Shown piece after piece: positions 32,475 through 41,638 of a stretch of 64,000 nt of DNA (its first letter is position 1; each line of letters starts with the position of its first letter). The notes below the pieces were generated by a model. That model worked only from the letters and a program-made list of their open reading frames with translations, ran no database searches and was not told the origin of the DNA. The DNA is from an uncultured Candidatus Binatia bacterium (GTDB taxonomy: Bacteria; Desulfobacterota; Binatia; DP-6). The translations under genes and the position numbers were made by a program. The stretch covers positions 104,744 to 168,743 of the forward strand of contig CAZUDO010000056.1 of the NCBI GenBank assembly GCA_964618895.1, given 5' to 3'.

Positions 32475-34775
32475 GTGTCGCGCCGCCCGGTCCTCGCCAT
32501 CTTCACCCTCTCGGGGGCGGCGGGGCTCGTCTATCAGGTGATCTGGGCGCGCCAGCTCGGCCTCGTCTTCGGCAACACCACCGCGTCGGTCACCATCGTC
32601 CTGGCGGCCTTCATGGCAGGGCTCGCGCTCGGGGCCGAGTGGGCGGGACGGGTGCTCGTCCGGCGGGCGAACCCGCTCCGGGTGTACGCCGTCCTCGAGG
32701 CGGCCATCGGCCTGTACGCCCTGGCCTTCGGCCCGCTGGTGAGCGGCCTCGAGACGCTCTACCCGCATCTCCTGAGCGACACCGCCTCGCCCGTCGTGCT
32801 GACGCTGGTGCGCTCCGTGGTCGCCTTCGGACTCGTGCTCCTGCCGACCACCTGCATGGGCGCCACCCTGCCGCTGACGACCGAGTATCTGCACCGGCTC
32901 GCGCTTGCCCATACCGACTGGAACGCCGGACGACTCTACGCCGCCAACACCCTCGGGTCGGCGCTCGGGTCGGTGGCCAGCGGGTTCGTGCTGATCGAGC
33001 TGGTGGGGATCGCCAACACGACGCGGATTGCTGCCGGCTTCAACGTGGTCGTGGGACTGCTCGGCTGGTGGCTCGCGCGCGGCCTCGCGCCGGCGAGCAC
33101 CCCGGCGACGCCCGCCGCCCCGGCGGCCGGCCAGCGGACTCTGCTCCTCCTGTTCGCGATCACAGGGGCGCTCGCGCTCGCCGGGGAGGTGCTGTGGACG
33201 CGCGCACTCACGCTGCTGCTCGGGAGCTCGACGTACGCCTTCAGCGGCATCCTGGTCGTGTACCTGGTCGGCATCGCATTCGGGAGCTGGGTTGCGGCCG
33301 GGATGGTTCGCCGGCTCGCCGCGCCCGAGCGATTCATCCCGCTCGCGATCCTGGGGGCCGGTGCGTGGCATGCCTTCGCCGTGACGCTGTTCGCCCCCCT
33401 GCACGCCCTGGTGCTCGGCCTGCTGGCGGCGACGCTGCAACCGATGTCGCCGGCCCAGTTCTACGCCCGTGCCGTTGCCACCCTGGTCGCCGTGCTCGGG
33501 GTGATGGTGCCGCCGGCGGCGCTGAGCGGGGCGCTGTTCCCGCTCGTCACCCGACTGCTCGAGGGCGACGCGGGCGATCGCGGCGCGCCCATCGCGCGCG
33601 CCTACACCTGGAACACGGTGGGCGCGATCGTCGGCTCGCTGGTCGGGGGCTTCGCCATCGCGCCGTTCTTCGTGCACTTCCATGCCATCGACGTGCTCGC
33701 GCTCTGCTTCCTCGGGGCCGCGCTCTGCGCCCTCGGGGTGATCGGCTGGCGAGCCTTCCCGATCGTGACCGGCGTGACGGTCGTGGGGGCGCTGGCGGTG
33801 ACGGCCCTCTCGGTGCAGCGGCTGCAGCGCCCGGACGCGTTCGTCACCCTCTACCGCCAGCGGCGACCCGCCTACGAGGTGCGCAGCCACGAGCCGGGCC
33901 TGCAGGGCATCACGACGGTGGCGTGGGACCGGGGCAAGCCCGAGCAGTCCGCCCAGCTGCTGGTGAACGGCGTCGGCATGACGGTGAAGGCGTTCGCCAC
34001 CAAGGCAATGGCGCACCTCCCCATCATCGCCCACGGCGCGGCCGAGGACGTGCTCGTGATCTGCTTCGGGATGGGGACGACGTTCCGCTCGGCGCTCACC
34101 CACGGCGGGCGTGTCGACGTGGTGGAGCTCACCCCCGGGGTATTCGGCGCCTTCGATGCGTTCTACGCCGATGCGGCCGAGGTCCGCCAGAACCCGCGCG
34201 GCCGCATGATCGTGAACGACGGGCGCAATTTCCTGCTCCTCACCGACAAACGCTACGACGTGATCACGCTCGATCCTCCGCCGCCCATCGATGCCGCCGG
34301 CGTGAGTACCCTGTATACGCGCGAGTTCCTGGAGCTCATGCGCGCCCACCTCGAGCCGGGGGGCATCGTCGCGCACTGGCTGCCGCCGCTCGGGCGGGGC
34401 GGGGGGCTGTCGGACATCGGCGTGCTCGACATGCTGGCGGCAACGTTCCTGGACGTGTTCCCGCATGTCCGGGTGCTGGTGAGTCAGCCGTTCATGAACC
34501 GATCGGGGTTCCATCTCCTCGGGTCGGACGCGCCGATCGCGCTCGATCCCGAGCGCTTGACGCGTGCCCTCGAGAATCCCGCCGTCAAGCGCGACATGAT
34601 GGAGTTCGGATGGGACCCGCTGGTGCCCGAGCGCTTCTTCTTCGAGGTCAACCTCCACCGTGACCTGGCGGCCAAGAAGACCCTGCTCACGGACGATCGC
34701 CCGCTCCTCGAGTTCAACCTGATCCGCAACCTGCGTCTGGGGCTCGCGCCCGCCATGATCCGCGTCGCGCCGTGA
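32475..34775 (+). CDS. Fused polytopic membrane (MFS-like) / spermidine-synthase-like aminopropyltransferase protein
   Basis: N-terminal half with about 12 transmembrane segments; C-terminal PABS-like domain (VLVICFGMGTTF...VVELTPGV...VNDGRNFL...YDVITLDPPPP); GTG start chosen; about 766 aa. Confidence 0.75.
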   Translation: MSRRPVLAIFTLSGAAGLVYQVIWARQLGLVFGNTTASVTIVLAAFMAGLALGAEWAGRVLVRRANPLRVYAVLEAAIGLYALAFGPLVSGLETLYPHLLSDTASPVVLTLVRSVVAFGLVLLPTTCMGATLPLTTEYLHRLALAHTDWNAGRLYAANTLGSALGSVASGFVLIELVGIANTTRIAAGFNVVVGLLGWWLARGLAPASTPATPAAPAAGQRTLLLLFAITGALALAGEVLWTRALTLLLGSSTYAFSGILVVYLVGIAFGSWVAAGMVRRLAAPERFIPLAILGAGAWHAFAVTLFAPLHALVLGLLAATLQPMSPAQFYARAVATLVAVLGVMVPPAALSGALFPLVTRLLEGDAGDRGAPIARAYTWNTVGAIVGSLVGGFAIAPFFVHFHAIDVLALCFLGAALCALGVIGWRAFPIVTGVTVVGALAVTALSVQRLQRPDAFVTLYRQRRPAYEVRSHEPGLQGITTVAWDRGKPEQSAQLLVNGVGMTVKAFATKAMAHLPIIAHGAAEDVLVICFGMGTTFRSALTHGGRVDVVELTPGVFGAFDAFYADAAEVRQNPRGRMIVNDGRNFLLLTDKRYDVITLDPPPPIDAAGVSTLYTREFLELMRAHLEPGGIVAHWLPPLGRGGGLSDIGVLDMLAATFLDVFPHVRVLVSQPFMNRSGFHLLGSDAPIALDPERLTRALENPAVKRDMMEFGWDPLVPERFFFEVNLHRDLAAKKTLLTDDRPLLEFNLIRNLRLGLAPAMIRVAP

Positions 34776-34822
34776 CCGCCGGACCCTTGTCACTGCCCGA
34801 CCTTTCGGTGTAGCCACCCGCC

Positions 34823-36622
34823 GTGCAGAGCGCCTCGCGATCGAAGCGCGTCCGGCGGGCCACGCGCCTGGACCCCATCGTCACCGAGATCATTCTCGGC
34901 GCGTTCGAGACCATCTGCTACGAGATGGCGACGCACGTGAGCCTCACGGCCACGACGCCCATCCTGAACCAGTCGAACGAGCGCAACGCCACCATCCTGG
35001 ACGGCACCGGGCGGCTGGCTGCGCTGTCGGTCGGCATTCCGCAGTTCATGCTGTCGTCGACCCTGCCGGTGCGGTTCGCGGTCGACTTCTTCGGGCCGGA
35101 CGGCCTCTTCGACGGCGACGTGTTGCTCGCCAACGACCCGTACCACGGCGGCGGGCACCTGCCGGACTACAACGTGTTCGCGCCCGTCTTCCACGACGGC
35201 GCGTGCGTCCTCATCGCGTCCATCCAGTGCCACCACGCCGACACGGGGGGCGGCGCACCGGGGGGCTACAATGTGAACGCCCTCGACATCTGGGCCGAGG
35301 GCGTGCGCTTCCCCGCGGTCAAGATCTACGAGCGGGGCGTGCTGCGACGCGACGTCGAGTACATGATCGCGGCCAACAACCGTACCCCCACGTTCCTGGG
35401 CGATCTGCGCGCGCAGGTGGGGGCGGCCCAGCTGGGCGTGCAGCGCCTGACAGACATCCTGGCGCGCTTCGGGACCGACACCGTCGCTGGGGCCGTGCAG
35501 AGCATCATCGCCTACGCCAAGCGCCGCTTCCGCGACGAGGTGGCGCGCTGGCCGGATGGCGTCTACGAATCCGACACCTACGTCGACCACGACCCGCACG
35601 GCACGCCGGACATCCACGTCCACTGCAAAGTGACGGTGCGGGGGAGCGCGCTCACGCTCGACTTCACCGGCTCCGACGACCGCCCCGACATCCAGGCGTA
35701 CTCCACCTTCGGCAACACGCGCGGCTACGTGGTGGCGCAGCTGGCCTGCATGATGGACCCGAGCATCCCGAAAAACGAGGGCTTCTTCGACTCGATCGAC
35801 TTGATCGTGCCGAAGGGCTGCTGCCTCAACCCGCCCGACGGCCGCTCGGTGGCGGCGGGCACGCATCATCCCGGCACCGAGGTCGGCGAGGCGGTCGCCA
35901 AGGCGCTCGAACGGGTGGTGCCCGAGCGCAGCTGCCCGCAGGTCTACAAGATGGGCATGCCGACGGTCATCTTCGGTACCAACCCGCGCACCGGGAAGCT
36001 GTTCATCGACCACTCGGTCGACACCTTCGCGGCCTACTGCGGGGCGGTGAAGGGCCAGGACGGGTGGGGTGGCATGAACGTCTCGTTCGGCAACCTGATC
36101 CGCGCCACCGCCGAGATCAACGAGTCGATCTTTCCGGTCCGGCACCTGGCACGCGACTACGAGACCGACAGCGGCGGCGCCGGCGCCAACCGCGGCAACT
36201 GCGGCAGCCTCTACCGCAAGCAGATGCTGGTGCGGTCGACCATCTACACCTACGTGGTCGGCAAGCGGTACCCCATGCCAGGGATCGCCGGCGGTCACCC
36301 CGGCTCCGCCAACCGCCTCCTCGTCCGCGCCGGCGGCGCGCACGCCTTCGAGGTCGGCGATAAGGCCCAATACATCGAGCACGCCGCCGGCGAGTCCTAC
36401 GAGTACCACTACGGCGGCGGCGGCGGCTGGGGCGACCCCCTTGCCCGTCCCCCCGCGCGCGTCCTCGACGACGTCCTCGACGAGTACATCTCCATCGAAT
36501 CCGCCCGCCGCGACTACGGCGTCGTCCTGACCGGTACCCTCGAAGACCTCACCCTCGCCCTCGACGAACCAGCCACCACCCGCCTCCGCGCCGAGATGCA
36601 GGCCCACCGGGAGCGCGCGTGA
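34823..36622 (+). CDS. hyuB: Hydantoinase B / 5-oxoprolinase B / acetone-carboxylase alpha-like subunit
   Basis: DPIVTEIILGAFETICYEMATHV N-terminus and conserved HyuB blocks (NDPYHGGGHLPD, GDKAQYIEHAAGESYEYHYGGGGGWGDP); 599 aa. Confidence 0.85.
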   Translation: MQSASRSKRVRRATRLDPIVTEIILGAFETICYEMATHVSLTATTPILNQSNERNATILDGTGRLAALSVGIPQFMLSSTLPVRFAVDFFGPDGLFDGDVLLANDPYHGGGHLPDYNVFAPVFHDGACVLIASIQCHHADTGGGAPGGYNVNALDIWAEGVRFPAVKIYERGVLRRDVEYMIAANNRTPTFLGDLRAQVGAAQLGVQRLTDILARFGTDTVAGAVQSIIAYAKRRFRDEVARWPDGVYESDTYVDHDPHGTPDIHVHCKVTVRGSALTLDFTGSDDRPDIQAYSTFGNTRGYVVAQLACMMDPSIPKNEGFFDSIDLIVPKGCCLNPPDGRSVAAGTHHPGTEVGEAVAKALERVVPERSCPQVYKMGMPTVIFGTNPRTGKLFIDHSVDTFAAYCGAVKGQDGWGGMNVSFGNLIRATAEINESIFPVRHLARDYETDSGGAGANRGNCGSLYRKQMLVRSTIYTYVVGKRYPMPGIAGGHPGSANRLLVRAGGAHAFEVGDKAQYIEHAAGESYEYHYGGGGGWGDPLARPPARVLDDVLDEYISIESARRDYGVVLTGTLEDLTLALDEPATTRLRAEMQAHRERA

Positions 36623-36638
36623 TCCGTGCCGCTGCATG

Positions 36639-36765
36639 GCGGTCGGAGGGCGAGGGGCCGGGGTCGGAGCGCCTTGACGAGGCGAGCACGCGTGCTCACC
36701 CTGAGCGGCCCGTTCGGCTCGCCGAGGAGCGAAGCGGAGACCCCGGCCCCTCGCCCTCCGACCGC
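36639..36765. repeat. 28-bp perfect inverted repeat forming a long hairpin (about 71-nt loop with a nested palindrome)
   Basis: ggcggtcggagggcgaggggccggggtc (36639-36666) is the exact reverse complement of gaccccggcccctcgccctccgaccgcc (36738-36765). The loop contains gagcacgcgtgctc (7+7 palindrome) and a ttgacg motif. It lies between the hyuB stop and the yjbQ start. Confidence 0.65.
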
Positions 36766-36796
36766 CGACACGACGCGGGGCACGTGTAGGCGACCC

Positions 36797-37207
36797 ATGC
36801 GCGCCCACACCGAGTATCTGTGGTTCACGACCGGTGCCCGCCGCGAGCTGGTGAACATCACGGAGCGCCTCACCGCCATCGTCGAGAAGGCCCGCGTCGC
36901 CGAGGGCCTGTGCCTGGTGTCCGCCATGCACATCACGGCCGCGATCTGGGTGAACGACGAGGAGCCCGGCCTGAAGCAAGATCTCCTGGCGTGGCTCGAG
37001 CGCCTCGCTCCCGCCGGCGACTACCAGCACCACCAGACGGGCGAGGACAACGCCGACGCGCATCTGAAGCGCACGCTCATCCACCATCAGGTGATCCTGC
37101 CGGTGACGAAGGGCGCGCTCGACCTCGGGCCCTGGGAGCAGGTCTTCTATGCCGAGTTCGACGGGCAGCGGAAGAAACGCGTGGTCGTCAAAATCCTGGG
37201 GGAGTGA
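36797..37207 (+). CDS. yjbQ: YjbQ/UPF0047-family protein (secondary thiamine-phosphate synthase-like)
   Basis: 136 aa; [34 protein letters not shown]...[20 protein letters not shown] matches UPF0047; ATG 36797 preferred over an in-frame low-complexity extension that runs through the hairpin. Confidence 0.8.
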   Translation: MRAHTEYLWFTTGARRELVNITERLTAIVEKARVAEGLCLVSAMHITAAIWVNDEEPGLKQDLLAWLERLAPAGDYQHHQTGEDNADAHLKRTLIHHQVILPVTKGALDLGPWEQVFYAEFDGQRKKRVVVKILGE

Positions 37208-37211
37208 ACGC

Positions 37212-39278
37212 GTGCGCACGGGCTATCGCATCGGTATCGACGTCGGGGGTACGTTCACGGACCTGGTACTGGTCGCCCCGGACGGCCGCCTGGTCATCGA
37301 CAAGCACCTGACCACGCCTGCCGACCAGTCTGCCGGCGTGCTCGGCGGCATCGGGCAGCTCGCCGCGCGCGAGGGGAAGACGCCGGACGCCCTCCTCGCC
37401 GCCACCACGCTCATCGTGCACGGCACCACCACCGCCGACAACACGATGATCGAGATGTCGGGGGCCACCACCGGGCTGATCACGTCCGACGGCCATCGCG
37501 ACGAGATCGAGATCCGCCGCGGCTTCAAGGAGAACATCTGGGACCCGGCGCAGCCGCCCCCGCCGGCGATCTGTCCGCGCCGCCGCCGCTACGGGGTGCC
37601 GGAGCGGCTCGACTTCGAGGGCAACGTCATTACCCCGCTCGACGAGGAGGCCGTCCGTCGCGCGTGCCGGCGGATGAAGCTGCAGGGCGTCGATTCGCTC
37701 GCGATCGTGTTCCTGTTCTCGTTCGTGGACTCGGCCCACGAGCGGCGCGCGCGAGAGATCGCTCGCGAAGAGCTGCCGGGGGTGATGCTGTCGCTGTCCC
37801 ACGAGGTGATGCCGTCGGCACCGGAGTTCGAGCGTACGTCGACCACGTTGGTGAACGCGTACGTGGGACCCAGGATCGAGCGCTATCTCGCGTGCCTCGA
37901 CGAGCGGCTGCGCGGCGCGGGGTTCCGGGGCGAGCTGCTCATCATGCAATCGAACGGCGGCGTCATGCCGGGCGGCTACGTGGCGCAGAAGGCGGTGGCG
38001 GTGATGGGTTCGGGCCCAGCCGGTGGGGTGATGGGGGCGACGGCGGTCGCCGGCGCGGTCAAGATCACCGACTTCATCTCCGTCGACATGGGCGGGACCA
38101 GCTACGACGTGTGCCTGGTGCGCGGCGGGACCCCGGAGGTGAAGACGGGCTGGAACTGGCACCATCGCTACCTGATCGGGCTGCCGATGGTCGAGGTGCA
38201 GTCGGTGGGTGCCGGCGGCGGCTCGATCGCGCGCGTGGAGTCGGGAGCGCTCAAGGTGGGGCCGCAGAGCGCGGGCGCGCAACCCGGGCCGGTGTGTTAC
38301 GGGCGCGGCGGTGTGGAGCCGACGGTCACCGATGCCAACGTGACCCTCGGCTATCTCAATCCCGCCAGCTTCTGCGGCGGCACGATGCAGCTCGACATCG
38401 AGGGCGCGCACGCGGCCATCGCGACCCGGGTGGCGAAGCCGCTCGGACTGTCCGTGATCGAGGCGGCCGAGGGCATCTTCCGGTTGGTGAACGCCAACAT
38501 GGCGAACGCCGTCCGGCGCATCTCCGCCGGGCGCGGCATCGACCCGCGCCCGCTCACGCTGGTCGTCTTCGGCGGCAACGGGCCGGTGCACGCCGGCATG
38601 CAGGCCGCCGAGCTCGGCATCCGCCGCATCCTCGTCCCCAAGCTGTCGCCGGCGTTCTCGGCGCTCGGCCTCCTGCTCACCGACCACGTTGTCGACGAGA
38701 TGCGCTCGTACATCAGCCCGGTCTCCCAGATCGACCTGAGGCGCGTGAATGCCCTCCTGGCCGACATGGAGACGGCGGCCACGGCGGCGCTCGGGAGCGG
38801 GAACGGCAAGCGCCGGGTGCGCCTCGAGCGCATGGCCGCCCTCTGCTACCCGGGCCAGACCTTCGACATGCCGGTGCCGCTCCCGGCGCGCGGCGGGCCG
38901 GTGACCGCGCGCGGGCTGGCCGACACCGTCGAGCGTTTCCACCGCCTGCATGAAGAACTGCACACGTATGCCAGCCGCGACCAGGAGCCGATCCTGCGCG
39001 GCCTGCGTCTGAAGGCCGTGGCGGTGGAAGTGAAACCCGCGTTGCCACGCATCGCCCGCAAGGGTCGGGGGAATGCCCGCGTCGGAGCCCGCAAGGCCTA
39101 TTTCAACGGCCGGGTCGTTGCCACGCCCGTGTACGATGGGCCGCAGCTCACACCGGGCCGGACCATCCTCGGCCCCGCCATCGTCGAGGAGCCGTTCACG
39201 AGCATCGTGGTGTACCCGGGGCAGCGTGCCAGCGTCGACCCGTTCGGCAACTACGCGATCACCGTCGGGCGCGGGTAG
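37212..39278 (+). CDS. hyuA: Hydantoinase A / oxoprolinase A / acetone-carboxylase beta-like subunit
   Basis: IGIDVGGTFTDLVL N-terminal ASKHA motif; HGTTTADN; SVDMGGTSYDV second ATPase motif; GTG start 4 bp after the yjbQ stop; 688 aa. Confidence 0.85.
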   Translation: MRTGYRIGIDVGGTFTDLVLVAPDGRLVIDKHLTTPADQSAGVLGGIGQLAAREGKTPDALLAATTLIVHGTTTADNTMIEMSGATTGLITSDGHRDEIEIRRGFKENIWDPAQPPPPAICPRRRRYGVPERLDFEGNVITPLDEEAVRRACRRMKLQGVDSLAIVFLFSFVDSAHERRAREIAREELPGVMLSLSHEVMPSAPEFERTSTTLVNAYVGPRIERYLACLDERLRGAGFRGELLIMQSNGGVMPGGYVAQKAVAVMGSGPAGGVMGATAVAGAVKITDFISVDMGGTSYDVCLVRGGTPEVKTGWNWHHRYLIGLPMVEVQSVGAGGGSIARVESGALKVGPQSAGAQPGPVCYGRGGVEPTVTDANVTLGYLNPASFCGGTMQLDIEGAHAAIATRVAKPLGLSVIEAAEGIFRLVNANMANAVRRISAGRGIDPRPLTLVVFGGNGPVHAGMQAAELGIRRILVPKLSPAFSALGLLLTDHVVDEMRSYISPVSQIDLRRVNALLADMETAATAALGSGNGKRRVRLERMAALCYPGQTFDMPVPLPARGGPVTARGLADTVERFHRLHEELHTYASRDQEPILRGLRLKAVAVEVKPALPRIARKGRGNARVGARKAYFNGRVVATPVYDGPQLTPGRTILGPAIVEEPFTSIVVYPGQRASVDPFGNYAITVGRG

Positions 39279-39291
39279 CCCGCCCGCGTTC

Positions 39292-40101
39292 TCACTTCCC
39301 CGTCCACACCGGCCGCCGTTTCTCGACGAACGCCCGTTGCGCCTCGCGCGCGTCGTCGGTGCGGCGGAGGGGGCGGCCGAGCTCTTCCTGGCGGCGGTAG
39401 GCGTCGGGGAGCGGCAGCGGGAGCAGCTCGCGGACGCCGCGGCGGGTCTCGCGCACGGCGAGCGGGGCGTTGGCGGCGATGGCGTCGGCGGCGGCCAGCG
39501 CGGTGGCGAGGAGACGGTCCGGCGGGACGACGGCGTTCACCAGCCCGATCTCGAGCGCCCGCTGGGCGTCGATCGGGCGCGCTGTGAGGAGCAGGTCGTG
39601 GGCGTGCACCCAGCCGATCTGGCGCGGCAGGAGGACGGTCGCATTGCCGGTCGGGTAGAGGCCGAGGGCAACCTCTTCGAATGCGAAGGTGGCATGCGGG
39701 ACGGCGTAGCGGATCTCGGCGGCCAGCAGGAGGTCGAAGCCGGCTGCGCGTGCGTGGCCGTTGACGGCGCACACCAGCGGCGTGTTCAGGTCGAAGCCAG
39801 CGAGGAGTGCGGTGGCGACGCTGCGCAGCCCGGCGAACGTCTCCTCGTCGACACGCTCGCCGCGGGCGAAGCGCTGCGAGGCGGGAATAGTACTCTTCAT
39901 GTCCATCCCGCCGCAGAACACCCGCGCCCCCGCGCCGGTGAGGACGGCGCAGCGGATGTCATCGTCGGCGGCGATGCGCCGCCAGGCGTCGGCGAGCGCG
40001 CACAGGGTGGGGGGATCCAGCGCGTTCGCCTGCGCGGGCCGGTCGATCGTGACCACCGCGACGTGGGGGTGGTCGCCCGGAAGCTCGAGCCGTGCCGCCA
40101 T
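39292..40101 (-). CDS. Enoyl-CoA hydratase/isomerase (crotonase) family protein
   Basis: ALDPPTLCALADAWRRIAADDDIRCAVLTGAGARVFCGGMDM and ...FEEVALGLYPTGNATVLLPRQIG, the oxyanion-hole helices. Confidence 0.85.
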   Translation of the reverse strand: MAARLELPGDHPHVAVVTIDRPAQANALDPPTLCALADAWRRIAADDDIRCAVLTGAGARVFCGGMDMKSTIPASQRFARGERVDEETFAGLRSVATALLAGFDLNTPLVCAVNGHARAAGFDLLLAAEIRYAVPHATFAFEEVALGLYPTGNATVLLPRQIGWVHAHDLLLTARPIDAQRALEIGLVNAVVPPDRLLATALAAADAIAANAPLAVRETRRGVRELLPLPLPDAYRRQEELGRPLRRTDDAREAQRAFVEKRRPVWTGK

Positions 40102-40196
40102 GGCCGCGACGAGGAAAGCATGCGCGCGCGGCCGCGGTCAACGTGTTGGTCCGGGCCTTGACAGCCCGGACACCGGGGGCGCAGTGTCGCCCCACC

Positions 40197-40694
40197 ATGA
40201 GCAAGCCGAGCGACGACAGCGTCACGACGTTCGAGAGCCTCGGCGACACGCTCCGCGCGGCGCGCAAGCTCGCCACCGACCTCGCCGACGAGCCGCTGTT
40301 CGCGCGCTTAGTGAAGGTGTTCCAGGCCATGCCGGCGGAGGATCGCGCCACCGTGATCGACGCCATGGAGCGGGACGTGTACGCGCGCCTGCTCAGCCGC
40401 GCGACCGAGAAGGTCACCGGGCAGGCGGCGCGTCCCAATCCCCATGCCCGGCTCTACGTGCGCTCCCACGGCCCGGAGATGCGGCGCGAGGACCTGGAGC
40501 AGACGGAAATGACGCAGGCCACGCTGCGTGCCATCCGCGTGATGCCGTTCCTGATGATCCCGGAGATCTACGCCGAGTGGCAGCGCGCGACGCATGACGC
40601 CGTGGCACGTACCACGCCCGAGGAGCGCGCCCTGGTGCAGAAACTCGTCGAGGACGTGCTGGGGATGCTGGCGGAGGCGTCGACCCCGGCGTAG
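40197..40694 (+). CDS. Hypothetical protein
   Basis: A 165-aa ORF (MSKPSDDSVTTFESLGDTLRAARKLATDL...) with no recognisable domain; the ATG follows the upstream divergent region. Confidence 0.5.
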   Translation: MSKPSDDSVTTFESLGDTLRAARKLATDLADEPLFARLVKVFQAMPAEDRATVIDAMERDVYARLLSRATEKVTGQAARPNPHARLYVRSHGPEMRREDLEQTEMTQATLRAIRVMPFLMIPEIYAEWQRATHDAVARTTPEERALVQKLVEDVLGMLAEASTPA

Positions 40695-40699
40695 CTAGG

Positions 40700-40826
40700 A
40701 GAGCGACCCGAGACTCCGTCTCGGGTCGTGTACGGACGGCGAGCATGCGGCCCGGTCGACAGGCCAAACGGCGTGCCGCGGCCGGCATTCGCCTGATCCC
40801 CCGGCAAGGAGTCTTGGGTCGATCTC
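40700..40826. repeat. Second, truncated copy of the pilT-pilB palindromic repeat family
   Basis: Shares gacccgagac-tccg-tctcgggtcg (perfect 10-bp hairpin), cgtgccgcggccggc, and the terminal gagtcttgggtcgatctc with the element at 1497-1797; again ends immediately before a minus-strand stop codon (cta at 40827-40829). Confidence 0.55.
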
Positions 40827-41555
40827 CTAACCCCAGGCCGGCGTCAGCGCGCCGTCGGGCGTCCGCCAGTAGGGCGCCCACACGAGTGCCAGGAGCGATA
40901 CGGTGACGCCGCTCTTCTTCGGTCGCAGGGTGATCGTCGCGAGGGCTTCCGCCAGCGGGTCGTGCCGGGCGGCGAGCGCGTCGCTGGCGAATCGCGCTCG
41001 GTCTGCAGGCGACCGATGAACCACGTGCCCGCGTTGGCGAGCCCCTTGTAGTCGAGGTCGACGGGATTCTGCGTGGCGAGCACGACGCCGAGCCCGAATG
41101 CGCGCGCCTGCTTCAATAACAGGAGCAGTGGGCCCTTGGCCGGCGGGTTCGCGACCGGTGGCATGAAGCCGACCACCTCGTCCATCACCAGGAGCGCGCG
41201 CAGGCTGGTGGTGCCGGCCTGCGTGCGCATCCAGGCGAGCACCTGCCCGAGCAGCAACGACACGAAGAACATCCGCTCACCGTCGCCCAGGTGCGCGATC
41301 GACAGGATGGCGACGCGGGGCTTTCCCTGCGGCGTGTAGAGCAGCGCCTGCGGGTCGAGGGGTGTACCCTCGAGCCACACTCCGAACCCGGGCGCGGCGA
41401 GCAGATTGTTGAGCGCCATCGCCAGGGCGAAGCGGTCCTTGGCGGGGAAGAACGACTCCAGCTCGAGCACCCCGATCCGCGTGACGGGCGGCGACTGGAT
41501 ATCCTGGATCAGCGCGCCCGAGGTAGAAGACACCCAGCTTCTCGAAATCGTCCAT
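40827..41555 (-). pseudogene. Degraded HerA/DUF87-like (FEKLG-type) ATPase gene: N-terminal 14 aa joined to the C-terminal region, with internal deletion and two frameshifts
   Basis: Frame a: [14 protein letters not shown] (typical N-terminus of about 500-900-aa DUF87 ATPases). Frame b: ...[71 protein letters not shown] (Walker-B/C-terminal block). Frame c: ...[21 protein letters not shown] stop. No Walker A is present, and the total is only about 730 bp. Confidence 0.5.
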
Positions 41556-41638
41556 GGGAGGCTCCCGTCGCGGAGGCGTAGTCTGCCCCGCGCCGCCCGG
41601 CAGCGTCCAGGGGCGACGGTTGCGCTCGGCGCTCGGAG

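Noticed and set aside
32298-34817. 839-aa, 1185-aa (49204-52761) and 571-aa (52885-54600) minus-strand ORFs overlapping the PABS-fusion and the two secreted repeat proteins
   Set aside because: Same antisense artefact; the sense strand shows signal peptides, periodic repeats and catalytic motifs, while the antisense translations are low-complexity.
36626-36796. In-frame 57-aa N-terminal extension of yjbQ reading through the 28-bp inverted repeat
   Set aside because: The translation is low-complexity ([16 protein letters not shown]...) and the region is a perfect hairpin; ATG 36797 gives a standard-length UPF0047 protein.
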